From Tubiluchus corallicola (taxonomy: Eukaryota > Animalia > Priapulida): 64,000 nucleotides of DNA. Shown in pieces: positions 11,475 through 24,213 of this stretch. Position 1 is the stretch's first letter, and every line of letters begins with the position of its first letter. Location of the stretch: positions 372,001 to 436,000 of the forward strand of contig JAQGDQ010000002.1 of the NCBI GenBank assembly GCA_030141605.1, written 5' to 3'. A model generated the notes under the pieces. The model saw nothing but the letters and a program-made list of their open reading frames with translations, made no database searches and was not told the DNA's origin. The position numbers and the translations under genes were made by a program.

Positions 11475-12345
11475 GTAAGTATAAATATTGCAGTCTAAAA
11501 AATTGCAGTAAAAATATTTCCAAAATAATACTGTATCAGCAAAAAATCTCAGACTAATTTTTGTCAGTAAGATATTTTCACTAGTTTGTATCAAAAGTTT
11601 ACAAGATCAAACTATTGATTAATGACAGACTTTTTTTATTGCTATGTTCACTGCAGTAAGTCTTCACCGTGAAGCTTTATTTGTTGTGTACATGTTTTCT
11701 TAAGAAGTACTAATAGTATAAATCTGCAGCCATACATTCTAAGTTTATGCTGCTAGGATACCATATGCTGATTTGCCGGTACGCATGTCGGTGCACTTGG
11801 CCGCTTACCTACAATATTTAAATTTTTTACTTTGAACAAAAACAATGTAAAAACATGAGCAGCAGAACACGTAAAATATTTGATTTATATGAGCCAGACA
11901 TTATTGATTTTTTTATCAGGTGCAAAATGAACCCTCCTTTATATATTTACAATATTTTGTATGAAAATCTGGCTCCTCCGGCAGGTCACTGATTGACACT
12001 CTGTTTTGTGAAACACATTATCATGGCTAAGTGAGGATCTGGTATACAAAACAAGCTAGTAGGCCTACATTTTTACAAACTGCTGCATTTCAAGAATCAA
12101 ACGATTTTATATAAAATCCCATAATATTGTTTGTAATTTTTTGTAGTAAACTGTCATTGTTTACAATGAAAAGTATAAATTATATTGTGGGATTTTATGT
12201 AAAACGCTGCATTTAGTATTTTATTTAAAAAATAATAAAATACATTAGTTTTTAGATTTACCTACGTATTTGCGAGGAAAGCTTCCTCTATGTCAGTGCA
12301 TTTGACAAACATTTTAATATGACTAGCTTGTTTTGATTTTTGCAG

Positions 12346-12466
12346 CAAATGGAAGGGTGGAACAACCAGTATTTATTCTGTGTGTTTATCTCCTGATAAA
12401 AAACAGTTACTGTCAGCGAGTAGAAAAATTAAACTATGGGATATTGATACACGACAGCTTCTAAAG
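12346..12466 (+). CDS. WDR43: WDR43 exon 4
   Basis: ttgcag|(Y)KWKGGTTSIYSVCLSPDKKQLLSASRKIKLWDIDTRQLLK|gtatat. Confidence 0.9.
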
Positions 12467-13939
12467 GTATATTTAGATTACATCTAATGCTGTCTCTCTA
12501 GCAAAGTTTACTGATAATGCTGAATGATTGTGGAATGTGGATGGTACCAGAACCTAGGTCACTGTCAAGTATATCTGCCCAAGATAACACACGAAATCAG
12601 TAACTTGTGTCTACCACAGTTTGGTATACATAACATGTATATGCACCATCTCTGAGTTAAATAAAGAATTGTTAGTAGGATGAGATACATTCCGAAGTAA
12701 TTTTCCTGCGATCATTTATCCTTTTACTAACCAGATGCGTTGTTTCTTAATTATGGTGGCCCAGGACATACATTCATTACTTAATAAATACTATTCGTCT
12801 CACTCCCAAGTTTTGTTGCTGGTAGTGTTGGTAATGGATTATGGCATTGTTGAAAGAAAGGCAGAATTTTCGTTAACTCTAGCATGTTGAAAATTGAATC
12901 TTGAGTCGAGTATGTAATGTGTATTATTTGTACTTGGATCAAGTCTGACTCCGAGATTAATTACACAAATTATTTTAATTGTTTTGTGAGACAGAGAATA
13001 CATCGAAGAATACAAATTGGAGGATTCTGACAAACTCAAGTCCCATGCATCAGCAGCAGTTAGCATGGCATAATAACGATCATACATAACATTAATTTAG
13101 CTATTAAATTCACGAGGAAATTGTCAAAAGAAGTGTTTGCGATAGCCGGCAAAATTGTGGTCAGTTGTTCTGTTAGTTAACGCTGATTTTGCGTTTGTTA
13201 ATTAAAAAAGGTGTATTATTTAAATAGTTACTACCAGAAACTATTGTTTTGTGCACAAGCTGACGATGGCTCACGTGTGTGTTATTTGTTGGTTCGTGAA
13301 GGCAAAACAAAGTAAACATAAGCATACTTACTTATTTGCCTATGATCCAGGTGTGCTCAGAGTACTGAGTGAAAATTGCATTGAAAATAATTCTTACCTT
13401 TGCTTATAATAACAAATGCAAACAATTCTTATTAATTTAAATATACTTTGATTTACTTGATCCATTTTGAAAATAGAGTTCATTCATTATTTTAAATATA
13501 ACATATAGCATGTGATTGGTATATTAGTGATCAATTATGAATGTGTTGCAGTATGTGACATGCAAGAAGACTGTGTGATATAATACCTTTTAGTTGAAAA
13601 ATCAATGTATCATGCAACATGATGTGATTATTAACTGCATTTATTTAATAATTATAGCACAAAAACATGTCAGTAACATATTAGTAACATATCAGTAACT
13701 TTACAAATCTGAAATAGTACACAAGTATCCATACTACAAAACATTTACTAGTTTCCAGTGTTTAAACACTCTGATGTAGACCTAGTAAAAGAATTATTGG
13801 TGTCCATATCCCTGTCCATACAAAACCTTGGTTTACAATGCACTTTGATGCAACACTGTGTGGTGCAGTCTTCTTGTGATTATTTGTGTACCTCTAGCCA
13901 GTTCTTTATTGTTTGCACTACAATTTTTTTGAATTCTAG

Positions 13940-14070
13940 GTTTTTTCTGGCCATGCTTCGGAGGTATTTCGGTTACTTTCTGTCGATATGACAGCAGATG
14001 TATTGGATGACTGTTCAAAAACTTTTTACTTTCTTTCGGCTGCAGTGGGAGATAGAATGATAAATGCATG
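13940..14070 (+). CDS. WDR43: WDR43 exon 5
   Basis: ttctag|VFSGHASEVFRLLSVDMTADVLDDCSKTFYFLSAAVGDRMINAW|gtgaga. Confidence 0.88.
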
Positions 14071-14575
14071 GTGAGAAAGTTGCATTCTTTTTAAATTATT
14101 TAATTCTGACATTTGTGTGCTGCTTTTTGATGATATTTGGATTTGCCATGCCTGTCTAAAACAAATTGACAAAGCCACTGAATGTCATTATGCAACTAAT
14201 TGAAATAACTTGAAGATCCCTTGGTGCAGTTTGATTTGTCTAAATCTACTGTGAGTAATCTGCAGTCAGCAGCCTAAATGGAAGTTAACAAAATGCCACT
14301 GAAAAAGTGAAATTCTCAGTTTAAAGTAATGTGAATCTTTAGCATACTTCGAGAAAGCTGTTTATTGTAAAAGTGAAATGGTGCAGTTCAGCTGCTAAGT
14401 TGAACACAAATTATTAAAAACTTAAATTTTTGTAGACAAATTTAGACTGTGTTGACAGTCGAATGTGACAGTTTGACGTGTCTTTGTGACATGTTTGGTA
14501 GTGACTGCTTTATTGTTCCTAAGGCCAGGTTTCTTTGTATATAAAGGATGCTAAAATGTGTGCTTTTTTATGCAG

Positions 14576-14755
14576 GCAAGTGAGCGAAAAATCGAAAGTA
14601 AAACATAAGAACAAAAACGCCATTGCTGCCTTTGTTCTTCCCGATGAACCTCTGTCTATGGCCGTTTCCGCGAAATCAGATGGAGTGCATCCCATCCTGC
14701 TTGCAGTAGTAACACAGCAAGGAAGGCTACACTTGTTTGAACAACATCTCAATGG
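14576..14755 (+). CDS. WDR43: WDR43 exon 6
   Basis: atgcag|QVSEKSKVKHKNKNAIAAFVLPDEP...LAVVTQQGRLHLFEQHLNG|gtaaga. Confidence 0.9.
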
Positions 14756-15068
14756 GTAAGAACAGTTATAACTAATAATAAATCTTTCATTGTTATACTG
14801 ATTTATAAGTTGAATGTGACCCTTTAAGAATGGGCTTAGGTTTGTGAGGTTGTATGATGGAATTAGTTGTTACGTTTTACGCACACCTGATTCAACCAAG
14901 CAAGGCATCAAACCCACACATAGTAGGCTTGAAAATAATTTGTGTACTGTGAATTTGCGACCAAATACCTTCTTACGAAAACATCTTTGAGCATAAGAAA
15001 CCTTTCTACTTATTGAATAGCACATATTTTTCAGATGTAAACACTTTTGTTCATCTTTATCTATACAG

Positions 15069-15240
15069 AAAGTGTAAAGCACCACTACACCCAAAAGTGA
15101 CACTACAAGTGACAACTTCAGATAATAAACTTGTGCCATCAAAGACTATACGAGTGCTAGGTGCTCACTTTTTGAGTGATCAAGATCGAACTATTCTTCT
15201 TGCTCATGGTAGCTTCATCAAGCCCACGTTTGAGACTTTG
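15069..15240 (+). CDS. WDR43: WDR43 exon 7
   Basis: atacag|KCKAPLHPKVTLQV...ILLAHGSFIKPTFETL|gtgagc. Confidence 0.9.
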
Positions 15241-16485
15241 GTGAGCATATTTGTTCTGACTGGTTCAAACTGCTTAAATTAGAACAGGAGTAAATTTAAA
15301 CAATGGCTCAAAGTAATCTAATCTAACGTGTAAAATATTTAGAAAGAAAGCACTGTTTTTTAAAGAATGACTTACAAAATATAGTTACATAAAAGGAATC
15401 ATTACTGCAAAAGCGTAATTTTATATTCACGTCGTTAATATTTCTCTGTTGCACGCATTTTGCCATTCATACGTGAATGGAGCACACATATCTCGGAAAC
15501 TCGTTGCACAAAAAATAGGTGTTGTACCTGATTGTGTGTGACACAGTCGTTTGAAATCAAGTGCTGGCACAACAGTAAAATTTGAAGTTAAATTTTAAAA
15601 CTTAAAATTTACCAAGTTGGTATGAATCATAGTTTGTTATACAGCAACACTATATTTTAATTTTTGCTTTCTCAAACACATGCAAAATTTTTGCTATTCA
15701 AAAATTGTATTCAGTGTTTTTTGTCTTCCCTAGCTATTTAATTATCGGATACATTTTGGCATTATTAAAAGTGATAACATATTTTTAAACTTTTTCAAAT
15801 GGGATAGTGAAAAGTTATCCTGTTTTCCTTTGAGCACATTCATAACATGAAAATTCAAAAAACTTGAAATTGGCATTGCTACTCATGTTAACGAAATTGA
15901 CAATAGTTTAAGTTTGGAAATGTTAATCACTTTTCTATAATGATTTTTGTGCTTTCTTGATGCAAAAAAGGTCGACCGTACCTAAAAATGTTTGCGCCAA
16001 CTAGTAAAGTGTTGCTGACTCGTCATCCCTGTTTGGACTACTAACTCTCCAAAATATGTATTTTTAATTTTTGAATGTAGTCATTTATACTTTTGCTTAG
16101 TTATTGGGATATGCTAGAAATGCTTTGATTATTTTTTCAAACTTTATGCAATGTTATTTCAACTTTTTTCAAATTTCTTACGGGCTGTGCTTAACAGTCG
16201 TCACCGAGTTTACAGGTTTTGTACAGCATTATTGTTAACACAAGTCTGGTATGCAGTAAGACAGCTTGTAAGTGATATAGAATTTCAAGACAAATTTTTT
16301 AAGCTTTATTTATGGATAACATTTTCTTGTGCTGGTTTATTTAGTTAAAATGTTTTCTTTTAGATTGATTGAGCACTTTATTTACTTATGGCTCAAAGCA
16401 TTATACAGCATGTCAATTCGTTTTCTTATAATTAGTCACCTATTTGATGTCTACGTCTATCACACTTTTGATATTTTGGTTATAG

Positions 16486-16713
16486 CCTTACAGTTCCCAA
16501 CAACCTGAAATACACTTGATACGTAGTGGTACTAGTTTGCAGCACCACCAAGTGGAAACGAATATAACTAAAATAAAGATTCCAGTGACTTGTGACGATG
16601 TGAAAACTTTGATTCCAAGTCAAATGGTTTTGTCCAAATCGAGTTTAAAGGATAAATGGGCAAAAAAGAAGCAATACAAGTCATCAAGAGACCAGAAGTT
16701 GTCATCAGAAGAG
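16486..16713 (+). CDS. WDR43: WDR43 exon 8
   Basis: ttatag|PYSSQQPEIHLIRS...VETNITKIKIPVTCDDVKTLIPSQ...SSEE|gtacat. Confidence 0.85.
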
Positions 16714-17224
16714 GTACATTTGCGTTACAGTGTTAAACTATAATTGACAGCTGCAGTAGTTTGTTTCATGTAAGAAAGGAATACTGCACACTGTAGTAAG
16801 ATTAATAAGTGCAGTAACTTCTTTTTTATAGTTTTAAGTTCTTCCAAAATTGCCTTATCAAGTTTATTGTGATTTTTTCATTTATTTTCGCCCATTGGCA
16901 GTATAGCACAGAATAACCTCTGTGTAATAATTATTGTATAACATTTTATTTTAAAGCTACCAGTTGCTGACCAGTTTTAGTTTAAATAATTATGCTTTTG
17001 ATATAGGTAGGTACTATGAGCCGTTTGCTTCTGCTCATAAGTTTCGGTTCTATTAATACCTTGTGTTTAACTTGGCCCCAGAAAGTCTGCAAGGAAACAC
17101 TGACTCTATAATTTTAGGCAAATTGTTACATGTATGTTTTATTCAAAGCAACAAATACGGCCTTTTGTCTGAAAAATGTTTCATTAACTAAACTTTTGTA
17201 GCCAGTTTTGTGCTTTTATGGTAG

Positions 17225-17356
17225 ATTTCACTTGGTGAGAGAGTTGGCATTGATATGGTGAGGGACCTTTCTACTGCTACAGAACCACCAAAAGCTGACA
17301 ACCTGGCAGTTCTACTGACTCAGGGACTTCAGAGTCAGGATCTAAGTATAATAGGG
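17225..17356 (+). CDS. WDR43: WDR43 exon 9
   Basis: ggtag|ISLGERVGIDMVRDLSTATEPPKADNLAVLLTQGLQSQDLSIIG|gtatgt; VLLTQGL marks the start of the Utp12-type C-terminal domain. Confidence 0.9.
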
Positions 17357-17941
17357 GTATGTGAAACTTACGGCTCTACGAACAAACAGTTAATACACAA
17401 CAATTGTAAAAGAAAAGTGTGTGAATATAAAAAAATTATGAAATCAGGATGTCACTCTTTAAGGGAGAAGAAAGCTAATTTAATGTATGTCCGAAAAATT
17501 TTTCCATACAAAAAATTGTATTACTTAATGTTATGGTTACCTATTTGAAAGACATATTTAGTAATTTAAAGTGTTTGTGCCATGTGGTAAAACGTTACTA
17601 GCTCAGTATCCCAATGTGCACAAAAAAGTCACTGGCTCACCAAAAAACGTATTATTAATCCTATTGATAAAACAAAGTAATCTATTTTTTGCTTAGTTTA
17701 ATTATATAACATTTCACAGTGTTACTGTTATACAAGCTCTGTGTGCTGTAAGACAGCATATAACTGATATAGTTTTGTGTAATAATTCTCTTTTCTTGTC
17801 CTTTAAATTAATTGATAGCAGACAAGGAATGTTTTGCAACATGCAATTTTACTTTTTGCAACAAATGAAGTGGAGTCATTTTAACTGCCAGAATATCTTG
17901 CACAATTTTGTGTAGCAGCTACTTTCTATGTGGTATGTAGA

Positions 17942-18697
17942 CAGGGGTGCACCGAATGCACATCTTCATCAACTTAATCCAAACTTAATTTTTTTATGCT
18001 CGGGTGCCACTGAACCAAAGCTTTACCGAATGAAATATCAAGTTAAATTGGAATACTGGACCAAAACAGAACCGAATTTTTACCGAAACGAAACCAAATT
18101 TTCTCCCAATTCCAATTGAAAAGAATTGCAAACGCAGTACTGTTTTATTGCTTCAACTTAGTGGTGATTGGCGAGCAGTGTAAAATTGTTCTGATTGCTA
18201 AATTCGTATTTGTGTTTAATGGTTAAAGTTATGTAATAAAAAAGTATTAAGTATTTTAAAAGCAGCCCTAATTCTTTCAAAAGCTGTTCAAACTATTTTG
18301 TATAATAAATTATAATACAGTAGTATTTAAACAAAACTGCAATAGTACAATCGTTTACTAACTCAAGTTCTTATTTTGTTGTGTATAAGCAAATATATCA
18401 TTGCCATGCTATTGTGCATTGACGTGAGGTGTGTGCCAACAGTCCAGCTCATTCTTCGAATTGTCATCGCTTGGCTATTCAGCCGTGTTCGCGGCTAAAT
18501 TTTTATAACCCTTACACTGAAGTGTTCGATCTTTTTAATATAATTTTCACCAGATGTGAGGATTATTAAATAAATAGCTTCAGTATACTGAAGACTCTCA
18601 CTGAAGCTTAGTGAATACAATCGAAGTTTACTGTATTGGATTTTTATACTGTAGTTTGGGGGAAACTTTGGGGATCCGTATATTCAATGCATCCCTA
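17942..18697. mobile_element. hAT-superfamily MITE in WDR43 intron 9
   Basis: TIRs caggggtgcaccgaat / attcaatgcatcccta; subterminal accgaa repeats; 8-bp TSD tatgtaga (17934-41) / tgtgtaga (18698-705). Confidence 0.75.
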
Positions 18698-19015
18698 TGT
18701 GTAGATGAAAGTTCCAGAACTGTATGTATGCTTGATTAACGTTGAATTCTGTAAATACTAAACAAGAAAATGTTGAGGCACTTTGTGTGTATCCTATATT
18801 TTATAAATTATTTATTTATCAGAAAATGAACAAATTGCATTATACAGGTGATTTGGTACTCCTTAAAATTAAGAAATTTTTTTTTGTGCACATGGTGAGT
18901 TTACATTTTCAAACAGTGTTATTTTGTATTCAAATATAAATATGTGTCTCATTTCTTGTTGATACTTTAAAAGCTATTATAATTAGTTAAACTGGTTTGG
19001 TATGTTCTTTTGTAG

Positions 19016-19134
19016 ACTGTTTTAGCCAAGGCAAAAAAGAATATAATCGAAAACACAGTGAAAAGTCTTCCGCCATCGGCTGTTGTGCCATTAGTGGAGG
19101 AATTAGCTCGACGTATGAAAGCACGACCTCAGGC
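19016..19134 (+). CDS. WDR43: WDR43 exon 10
   Basis: ttgtag|TVLAKAKKNIIENTVKSLPPSAVVPLVEELARRMKARPQ(A)|gtaagt. Confidence 0.9.
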
Positions 19135-19899
19135 GTAAGTCATGACAAAATTATGGTTTGATGTTTTAAAATGTTTTGCCTTCTTTTGAGATGTAGTCTT
19201 TCTACATCCCATCCTAGAACTTCAATTCTCAGATGTCTAGCCTTTTATTGTGTTCTTGTTCTTGTTCTTGTAGTCCGTGCATATAGGGATAGACTATAGG
19301 GGCCAATTAATGGTCATCGCTGTTGCATTCGATCAGTTCCTTGGCTGAGCTAGGAGGTACTGACCCACTGCCCACTAATAAAAACAGACAGTAGCTGAGC
19401 ATTGGCAGACTCTATGGAGGGTCTACCTCATGGATTATTTTGTGGTTTGTCTGACAAAAACTAGACTTTCATCTATGATCCAAAAATCAAACTATAACAA
19501 GTCAATTAAACAACAAAGCTATAAGTTTAATAACACAATAAAAAGAACAAGTTGTCATGAACTTCAGCCATTTGCAAGCAGTATAAATTAGTAATAGGCA
19601 AAAATTTAGTCTGGAAACATTATTATAGTATCTTTTCCAGAGTGACATAGTTTGTGGTCAGTCTCTTGATGCAACTAAAGTACAGTACAAACTCCACCTA
19701 TTGGTTTCTGGCCTCCACAATAAGGCTGTAAAGAAATGTAATGTAATATAATAAATCTGAGGACAATGTAGTATTTTTGCCAAACGTTCTAAATGTAAGT
19801 CTGTCAAAATGTGACATGTGAACAGCGTTATAGCCACACGTGCGTTTGCATGTTCATGTAGGAAAATAAGTAATCCTAATGGCACCAATTAACGACAAC

Positions 19900-20290
19900 G
19901 TAAATAAACGGGTACTTTTTCTCTCTGGTTTATTGGCATAGAGTTCCTACTCGCGCATTGACATCCTCTCCACTCCCTACCTTGAATTATCGACACGAAC
20001 ACCTCTCCATCTGCATGATAGTACTCTCACAAAACTTAAAACGACATTCTGCCAGCGTGGTAAGATCAGCAATGCGACTAGTGGACATTTTCCATCATCA
20101 CATAAAGACCTTGAGCTTTCCAACGTCAGTTAACGAAAACCAGGCAAATGTAGTTAAACCAACCAAACTGTGTCGGAAAGTCTGTATCACCAATGTACAG
20201 AAACTTACACTTTTTGTTTCGCTCCAATTAATACAGTTGAAAATTTTACTCAGTGGGACTAGCCTTATTATATTAATAATAAGCTAACAA
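19900..20290 (-). mobile_element. Highly decayed non-LTR retrotransposon fragment
   Basis: Minus-strand pieces such as ADLTTLAECRFKFCES resemble the post-RT region (L.TL..RR...C.KF) of CR1/L2-group LINEs; the frame is broken. Confidence 0.35.
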
Positions 20291-21238
20291 AAAGTATCTT
20301 GTTGATTATAACAAAATAGAAACAATTTACACTTTGCAAATGTAAGTCAAAAATCTGGTGTCAGAAAGCAAAATTAATGTTTAGTGCTTATTTGCAAGTT
20401 AACGCATGCTTTAATAATCCAGTCTGGTAATTTCATTGTTCTTGTCTTGCATACAGTTTGCTTACGATTGCACCGTGGTGGGATGTATATAATAGGAATT
20501 TAGTTTTTTCAAGCCATGTTTCATATGAAGAGTAAATGCTTTGCTCTTTCATGTGGGCAGTTTAATTTCACATTACATGCTGCATTGTGGAGTGTTACTG
20601 GTCACTTGAACTAGTTTATCGTCAGTTTATGATTGCTGTCTTACGTGACTGTGTCTCTCACATTACTGTTGTTGTGTTATAATTAAAATTCAGTGAGCTA
20701 GTAAAGTTGGTTGGTTATAGTGGTTAGAAAACCACTGAACTCAGTGCACAGATTTTGAAAAGCATTTTGCAAATTGTGAAGCCCTAGTGACTTGCTTGTG
20801 TGATCAAGACTAAACTGCAGTCTCTTTGTGGAATGAAGCTGTTCAGTTTGTAATATGATTAAAGAGAATCAGCATATCTATTTTAAACTATAGCTGAAAA
20901 TAATTTAACTATAAAATTTAAAAGAGAACATAATCGCTTTTTCAAGAAAGGCTTACATGAATGAATTATTTCTGTAGAAACCTAATTTTGCTTTTTTGCA
21001 GTTAGTTTTTTGTTGCTGCACATGTTCTACTCGTCAAGTTAGATGGGTAGGAGCACCTGTATTTCTGAAATGTGTTGCAAAAAATAGGCTCTGTACTTGA
21101 TCATAAGAACACAGTTCAATTGCGACGTAGTGTACATGTTCGAGAACTCGTGCGTTAACACTGCTGTAAATTTAAAATTTGAATTTTTAAACAAAAGTTT
21201 GCCAAATTTGAGTGTATCACATTCAGTGTTGTATAGTA

Positions 21239-21685
21239 TGGAGTTGAGACGTGTTGGCTTTTTAACTAACCGTTTAACAGTTATTAATTGCAGTCGGTTA
21301 ACCGATTAACCATTCCCGATGATGTCGTACATATAAGAAAATATCGAATACACATGACTTGCACGAGTAAGTGGTGTGATTCAAATCTGGCATGCGCCAG
21401 CAAGAATGTCAACATGGCAGCATCTTCATAACATATGTAAACTTTTTTGCAGTTTACTGTTCAAATGCTTCTTAGGTAACCAGATTAGCAGAAATAATGT
21501 TGTAAGTAGTACAATTTTATGTAAGCGGGACATTGTTAACTACGTAGGCCAATTCAGAAAAGATACAAGGTTTCATTAATGCGGATACGTAGAAAACATG
21601 GCTAAGTAATGGTTAAACGTTAGGTGATTTTCTGGACAGTTACACCAGTTATTGGTCGATTAAACGGTTAACTGTCTCAGTCCCA
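21239..21685. mobile_element. hAT-superfamily MITE in WDR43 intron 10
   Basis: Imperfect TIRs tggagttgagac / gtctcagtccca; subterminal taaccg/cggtta repeats; 8-bp TSD gtatagta (21231-38) / gtacagta (21686-93). Confidence 0.7.
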
Positions 21686-22326
21686 GTACAGTAGCACTGT
21701 ATTTCAATTTTCTCTTTTGCAAACATATGCGAGATGCACGATATAAATGTTTGTGCTGTTACAGAATTACATTCAGTTATGACGTCATCACTAACTGGGC
21801 TCATGGGCTGTCAATTAAGTTTTTAAGTTATTATTTGATTATCAGGAACACTTTGACAATGTTACATGTGTTAAAATGTGTACTTTTTACCACAGTTTAA
21901 AATAAGACAGTATAGGGTAATCAAACTGTTTTCTTTTAAACTTTACTGTCCTTCTTTCAACGTAAAATGCAGGAATGGTCTGCATGAATGCTCAGATCGT
22001 CAAAAAGCATACATTCTTTAATTTAATTGAAAATTAGTGTTTTATTTTGTTCTTAATGTTTGAAACTTGTATAAAATACATGTATATGTAAATGATTATT
22101 GTTATTATATGTTATGAAAACTAGTTTTTTTGTGCAAAACTATAACATAAACAGAGTTGCAGCTCACTTATTACAATTTCAACAAGAAAACATACATTAC
22201 ATATAGACAAACAAACAGTTACGATTTCTGTTTGCCTTTGTCAATACAAGGGATTTTCTTATCTTTCAAGAAAATTTTTTTTGCTTTTATTGTTCAATAT
22301 ATAGAATCTTGAGTTATTTGTTACAG

Positions 22327-22504
22327 TGCTCAGGGTTACATGCAGTGGGTCAAGAGCGTTCTAAGGATACACATGTCCTATTTATCAACATTTCCGGAAC
22401 TCATTGACAAGCTCAGCATCATGTACCAGATTTTAGATTCCCGGCTGATCATGTTTGATCGAATATCAAAGTTAAAAGGCAAACTCGATCTTCTCTTATC
22501 ACAG
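22327..22504 (+). CDS. WDR43: WDR43 exon 11
   Basis: ttacag|AQGYMQWVKSVLRIHMSYLSTFPELIDKLSIMYQILDSRLIMFDRISKLKGKLDLLLSQ|gtatta; Utp12-domain motifs W...VL..H.SYL and L.GKL.LL..Q. Confidence 0.93.
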
Positions 22505-23087
22505 GTATTATGATATTTGGCATCTCCACACCTTCGTGAGTAGGAGTAGATCATAGCAACAAATCTCAACTTTTTTTAAAATGTGATTTTTGATTCATTA
22601 TGTTTTACTAGGTGTTAATCAAAGTAAGTCATAGTCAAGAATATTTTCTCACAGTAAATTTAATTTCATTTATTGGGCTATTGGGCACAGTTAAATGTAT
22701 TTTCAAGATAAGTTGTTGTTGCTTAGACAAAAATTAGATTTAATCAGTGCTATAAAAATTACCAACCACAGTAAAAAGTCTAAGTACAGTAACACTCCAG
22801 CTTTTACAAGTGAGGTGTTCTGAACCTTTTGTAAACAAAGGAAATTGCATGTAATATTTCATATCTGCTTGGGATATTGCTTACACCAATATGCGGTGTG
22901 CCATGTTTCCACATTTGTCTGTGCAAAAAAAAGAAAACGATAAGAATAGAAAGCAAATGGGGTTTACTCTTTATCTGTTGCTACAAACAGCAAGTGCAGA
23001 TAGCAGAATGTAACAACATTTGTAAAAAATGACAGTCATCATGTAGATTTTTAAATAAAACTATTAATTTTTGTTCATTTCACATAG

Positions 23088-23154
23088 GCTGGTGACATGG
23101 AATTTCATGACAAGTCATCAGTAAACCCGGAAGCATTACTTGTTTATCAAGAAG
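23088..23154 (+). CDS. WDR43: WDR43 exon 12
   Basis: acatag|AGDMEFHDKSSVNPEALLVYQE(E)|gtaata; matches the conserved A.LVY.E motif. Confidence 0.85.
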
Positions 23155-23469
23155 GTAATAAATTTTATTTCTATCAATTTTTTTATATTTTGCTCCTTCT
23201 TTTTGTCGAAAGCAGTTAATTATTATTAGCAGCCTATGGTTTTACTTGCAGAGCTCAGTGGTAACTTGCAGTAGTGCTTATTATTTTTGCAAAGCAGCTT
23301 AAGTAACTTATCTATGAATAGAAATACGAAAAAGCCAAAATAGTGATTTAAGTGACATTGGTTAGTTTTTTGGCAGTTTTTTAAAATATTGTTTATTATA
23401 TCTTCATAGTTTTGTCTAATAAATGCAAGGATTGTGACTACTTTTTAACAGATTCGCATATTTTTGTAG

Positions 23470-23534
23470 AATCGGAAGAGGAAGAAGACAATGTTATTAG
23501 TGATTTAATGCAAACAAGTCATTCTGAGTCAGAG
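23470..23534 (+). CDS. WDR43: WDR43 exon 13
   Basis: ttgtag|SEEEEDNVISDLMQTSHSESE|gtatgc; acidic tail. Confidence 0.82.
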
Positions 23535-23717
23535 GTATGCCATTATGAACCCATTTTTCTTCTTGAAAATTAATCGTTTAAGAAATTGCTAGCTGGCTTA
23601 TTGTGCTTTGAAATAAAAATTATATAAATTTTAAATGACTTAATGTATTACATAAATAATGTAAATATAAATATAAATAAGTTATATGGATGTTCTAAAT
23701 ATAAGTTAAACTGATTT

Positions 23718-24007
<290 letters not shown>

Positions 24008-24102
24008 AGAAAACCCCAAATCATTTTCCTACTTTGGAATGAAATTTAGTGACTCTTCTAGTTATGAATCTGCCCAACTAATGTCGTATTAAAATTTGAA
24101 AG

Positions 24103-24213
24103 GGCAATTGGGAAGAGCTCTCTGAAGTCATGGAGGAGGAAAATGAAGCAGGACCAAGTTCGAAAAAAGTAGCGCCAAAAAAACGACGCAATAGCAGTAG
24201 TAGCGAAGACTAA
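24103..24213 (+). CDS. WDR43: WDR43 exon 14 (terminal)
   Basis: gaaag|GNWEELSEVMEEENEAGPSSKKVAPKKRRNSSSSED*; NW+acidic motif as in WDR43 tails; AATAAA at 24290-24295. The acceptor context is weak. Summed exons give 1959 nt = 652 aa + stop. Confidence 0.72.
   Translation, partial: GNWEELSEVMEEENEAGPSSKKVAPKKRRNSSSSED

Noticed and set aside
14121-14310. TTGATGA...CTGA with a ctttt/aaaag terminal stem (C/D snoRNA-like)
   Set aside because: About 180 nt is long, the C box is non-canonical and I recognise no rRNA guide.
19330-19350. cagttccttggctgagc, reminiscent of the 28S-antisense guide of vertebrate WDR43-hosted snoRNAs
   Set aside because: No upstream C box, the match is short and imperfect, and the context looks repeat-derived.
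20522-20555. 15-bp hairpin in WDR43 intron 10
   Set aside because: Too short for a pre-miRNA, no boxes, and expected by chance in AT-rich DNA.
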